Of a DNA stretch of 64,000 nt, positions 61,167 to 64,000 are shown in pieces. Source of the stretch: Rhodospirillaceae bacterium (lineage in GTDB: Bacteria; Pseudomonadota; Alphaproteobacteria; Azospirillales; Azospirillaceae); contig JBAWVF010000004.1 of assembly GCA_037147415.1 (NCBI GenBank), positions 1,112 to 65,111 on the forward strand, given 5' to 3'. A program made the translations under genes and the position numbers. The notes below the pieces were generated by a model. It worked only from the letters and a program-made list of their open reading frames with translations, was not told where the DNA came from and searched no databases. How positions within the stretch are numbered: the stretch's first letter is position 1; each line of letters opens with the position of its first letter.

Positions 61167-63677
61167 ATGAACAGCGGGCACAAGGTGCGAGAGCGCGAAT
61201 TGGAGCCGAAGGCTCTGGATGTTGATTCCTTGCGGCGGTCGTTTCACGAGCGGCTGATTTACGCGGTCGGCAAGGACAAGGCCAATGCCACCCGGCGCGA
61301 CTGGTTCAACGCGGTGGTGCTGTCGGTGCGCGACCGCATGGTCGAACGCTGGATGGAGACCGTCCGCGCCCAGTATCAGCAGGACGTCAAGCGCGTCTAT
61401 TATCTGTCGCTGGAATTCTTGATCGGGCGCTTGCTGACCAGCGGCATGGCCAATCTGGGGATTCTGGAGGAGTGCCGGCAGGCGCTCGGACAGATCGGGC
61501 TCGATCTCGACGAGGTGCTGGCCTCGGAGCCGGATGCGGCGCTCGGCAATGGCGGTCTCGGCCGGCTGGCGGCGTGCTTCCTCGACAGTATGGCAACGAT
61601 CGGTTTGCCGGGCATGGGATACGGCATTCGTTACGAGTTCGGCCTGTTCGAACAACATTTCGAGCGTGGTTGGCAAGTTGAGTATCCCGAGCAATGGTTG
61701 CAGTTTGGCAACCCCTGGGAGTTTCCGCGCGCCGAAGTGCTCTATCCGGTTCAGTTCTACGGCCGGGTTGAGACCGTCCGCGACGGGCCGCGCGGCACTG
61801 CGCACCGTTGGGTTGACGCCGAGCGCGTGTTGGCCGAGGCGTTCGATACGCCGGTGGTCGGCTACGGCGGGCGCACGATCAATACACTCCGTCTGTGGCA
61901 GGCGCGGGCGACCAGTGCGCTGAATCTCGGGCTGTTCGCGGTGGGCGACTATTTGCGCGCAGTCGAGCACAAGGTGTTATCGGAAAACCTGTCGCGTGTG
62001 TTGTATCCGAATGATACCACCGAGACCGGGCGAGAGCTGCGGCTGAAACAGGAATATTTCTTTACCAGTGCGTCCTTACAGGACATTTTACGGCGTTTTC
62101 TGAAACAGCATAACGACTTTACCCTCCTGTCGGACCGGGCCGCGATTCAGCTTAACGACACGCACCCGGCGATCGGGATTGCCGAATTGATGCGGTTGCT
62201 GGTCGATCATCATGCGGTTCCTTGGGAAAAGGCGTGGGAGATCACGACCAAGACCTTCTCCTACACCAACCACACCTTGTTGCCCGAGGCGCTGGAAGCG
62301 TGGCCGGTCCGCATGATGGAACGGGTTCTGCCCCGTCATATGCAGATTATTTACGATATCAACAGCCAGTTCCTGCATAATTCACGAGCCCGCTTAAACG
62401 GCGACATTGGTCGGTTGCAGCGTCTGTCGCTGATTGACGAGCGCGGCGAGCGGCGGGTGCGGATGGGCAATCTTGCCTTCATCGGCAGTCACAAGGTCAA
62501 CGGCGTGTCGGCTCTCCATACCGACATGATGAAACGGACCGTGTTCGCCGATCTTCATGCCGAGTTTCCGGAGCGCATCAACAACAAGACCAACGGCATT
62601 ACGCCGCGGCGCTGGCTGCTGGAGGCGAATCCGTCGCTGGCGCGGTTGGTGACTTCACGCATCGGACCCGGTTGGATCAGTCACCTGGATGATCTGGCGG
62701 CGTTGAAAGATTTGGCCGGCGACGAGGATTTCCAGGATTCGTTCCGACAGTCCAAGCGCGCCAACAAGGTCAGGCTGGCTGCTTATATCGCGCGACAGGT
62801 CGGCATCGAGGTTTCGACTGACAGCCTGTTCGATGCACAGGTCAAGCGTATTCATGAATACAAGCGCCAACTGATGAACTTGTTACAGACGGTGGCGCTT
62901 TACAACGACATCAAGGATAATCCCGGAGTCTCCCGGGTGCCGGTGACCAAGATATTTGCCGGCAAGGCGGCGCCTTCGTATCAAATCGCTAAACTGATCA
63001 TCAAGCTGATCAATGATGTGGCCGAGGTGGTCAATCATGACCCGGCGGTGCGCAATCAGCTGAAAATCGTGTTTCTGCCGAATTATAGCGTGACTGCGGC
63101 CGAATTGATCATTCCCGCCGCCGATCTGTCTCAGCAGATTTCAACCGCGGGCATGGAGGCGTCGGGCACCGGCAACATGAAGCTGGCGCTGAACGGTGCG
63201 TTGACCATCGGCACGCTCGATGGCGCCAATGTCGAAATTCGCGAGGCGGTCGGGCCGGAAAACATCTTCATCTTCGGCCTGACCGCCGACGAGGTGGTGG
63301 AGGTGCATCTTCAGGGCCGTGATCCGCGCCATCGAATCGCGGCGAGTCCCAAACTCGCGCGGGCGCTCCAGATGATTGCCGACGGTGCGTTCTCGCCCGA
63401 CGATCGCGGTCGCTTCCACCCGATTCTACGCTCGTTGACCGATGGCGGCGATCATTTCCTGGTCACCGCCGATTTCGATGATTATTGCCGGAGCTATGGT
63501 GAGGTGCTTGCTCTCTATAGTGACCGGGACGCCTGGACCGCCAAGGCAATTCTGAACACCGCGAGCATGGGGTGGTTTTCCAGCGATCGAACGGTCGGTG
63601 AATATGGCGATGAAATCTGGGACGTCAAACCGCTGGATGTCCCGGCTCGACCGGGCAAAGGGACCAGGGGGGCATAA
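61167..63677 (+). CDS. glgP: Glycogen/maltodextrin phosphorylase
   Basis: 836 aa. Supporting motifs are YYLSLEFLIGR and DAALGNGGLGRLAACFLDS, plus the PLP-site motif ISTAGMEASGTGNMKLALNGALTIGTLDGANVE. Confidence 0.96.
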   Translation: MNSGHKVRERELEPKALDVDSLRRSFHERLIYAVGKDKANATRRDWFNAVVLSVRDRMVERWMETVRAQYQQDVKRVYYLSLEFLIGRLLTSGMANLGILEECRQALGQIGLDLDEVLASEPDAALGNGGLGRLAACFLDSMATIGLPGMGYGIRYEFGLFEQHFERGWQVEYPEQWLQFGNPWEFPRAEVLYPVQFYGRVETVRDGPRGTAHRWVDAERVLAEAFDTPVVGYGGRTINTLRLWQARATSALNLGLFAVGDYLRAVEHKVLSENLSRVLYPNDTTETGRELRLKQEYFFTSASLQDILRRFLKQHNDFTLLSDRAAIQLNDTHPAIGIAELMRLLVDHHAVPWEKAWEITTKTFSYTNHTLLPEALEAWPVRMMERVLPRHMQIIYDINSQFLHNSRARLNGDIGRLQRLSLIDERGERRVRMGNLAFIGSHKVNGVSALHTDMMKRTVFADLHAEFPERINNKTNGITPRRWLLEANPSLARLVTSRIGPGWISHLDDLAALKDLAGDEDFQDSFRQSKRANKVRLAAYIARQVGIEVSTDSLFDAQVKRIHEYKRQLMNLLQTVALYNDIKDNPGVSRVPVTKIFAGKAAPSYQIAKLIIKLINDVAEVVNHDPAVRNQLKIVFLPNYSVTAAELIIPAADLSQQISTAGMEASGTGNMKLALNGALTIGTLDGANVEIREAVGPENIFIFGLTADEVVEVHLQGRDPRHRIAASPKLARALQMIADGAFSPDDRGRFHPILRSLTDGGDHFLVTADFDDYCRSYGEVLALYSDRDAWTAKAILNTASMGWFSSDRTVGEYGDEIWDVKPLDVPARPGKGTRGA

Positions 63678-63682
63678 TATTT

Positions 63683-63713
63683 CGGCGGCCCGAGAAAACG
63701 ACTCGGGCCGCCG
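63683..63713 (+). terminator. Hairpin downstream of glgP
   Basis: cggcggcccgag-aaaacga-ctcgggccgccg forms a perfect 12-bp stem 6 nt after the stop. There is no T-run. Confidence 0.55.
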
Positions 63714-63755
63714 GCTATAAAGATCGGCAGGGCTTCAAGACGAATTGAACTTAAT

Positions 63756-63819
63756 CGTCATTCCGGTCTTCTTACCGTCATTCCGGTCTTCTTACCGTCA
63801 TTCCCGCGGACGCGGGAAT
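63756..63819. repeat. 20-bp tandem repeat merging into a REP-like palindrome ('RGND'-type element)
   Basis: The repeat is cgtcattccggtcttcttac x2, then cgtcattcccgcg-ga-cgcgggaat. The reverse strand translates as LDSRVRGNDGKKTGMT, the junk-ORF signature of a widespread proteobacterial palindromic repeat. Confidence 0.75.
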
Positions 63820-63856
63820 CCAGCTCACCTCATCCCGAATCGCGCATTTGCGACCT

Positions 63857-63886
63857 GCGCTCCCCGCTTTCGCGGGGGGCGCTTTT
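63857..63886 (+). terminator. GC hairpin with T-run in the glgP-downstream intergenic region
   Basis: gcgctccccgc-tttc-gcggggggcgc forms an 11-bp stem with one mismatch, followed by tttt. Confidence 0.45.
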
Positions 63887-63931
63887 CGTGCGGTTGGCTT
63901 CGGCGGCTCCCGTGTTCGAGGCCGGGCGTCC

Positions 63932-64000
63932 TTACTTGATTTCCTCAATCATGCGCTGGTGGACCCAAAACTTGACCGTGTTGTTGCCGCTGAGGGTAAA
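63932..64000 (-). CDS. 3' end of an unidentified gene running off the window
   Basis: The minus strand reads ..FTLSGNNTVKFWVHQRMIEEIK-stop (TAA at 63932-63934). It is too short to identify. Confidence 0.3.
   Translation of the reverse strand, partial: FTLSGNNTVKFWVHQRMIEEIK

Noticed and set aside
60681-61970. A 429-aa minus-strand ORF antisense to glgP. Similar long antisense ORFs occur at 31338-32627, 21898-22656, 23214-24065, 25961-26848, 29126-30049, 39366-40295 and 47075-48067.
   Set aside because: All lie opposite genes with strong family motifs. They translate to Arg/Pro/Gly/Ala-rich low-complexity sequence and are the expected stop-poor antisense frames of about 65% GC DNA.

Overview
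The window reads as a chromosomal segment from a high-GC alphaproteobacterium. This is a guess from chvI/chvG, the hsp20-DUF1150 pair, the pepA/holC and ubiE-ubiB/mutM neighbourhoods, and about 65% GC in core genes. It is densely coding, and most of it is housekeeping: lepA, lolC/lolD, hsp20, leuD/leuB, two tandem LIV-type ABC operons, holC, pepA, an L,D-transpeptidase with two DUF882 genes, hemB, cspA, chvIG, ubiE/ubiB, mutM and glgP. There are many two-component and chemotaxis sensors, including four hybrid kinases and one MCP. I saw no rRNA, tRNA, CRISPR array, transposase or integrase. Several single-gene or two-gene cargo inserts sit at junctions that are normally tight.

- **Strongest candidate.** A roughly 2.1 kb insert splits livH from livM (23952-26080). 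It is marked by a perfect 62-bp duplication of the livH 3' end. It carries an Abi_2/HEPN-type protein with an intact Rx4H motif fused to a C-terminal CBS pair, plus a small coiled-coil ORF.
- **TIR protein.** A stand-alone TIR-like protein with a C-terminal NTPase-like region lacking a Walker A motif lies between hemB and an aminotransferase gene.
- **higBA remnant.** A 5'-deleted, frameshifted higB next to an intact higA sits between holC and pepA.
- **Low-GC inserts.** A hemerythrin plus STAS-like fusion lies between ubiE and mutM, and a 352-aa orphan follows leuB.

All domain calls were made by eye from the translated ORFs. No BLAST or HMM search or folding calculation could be run, so novelty claims are hypotheses.
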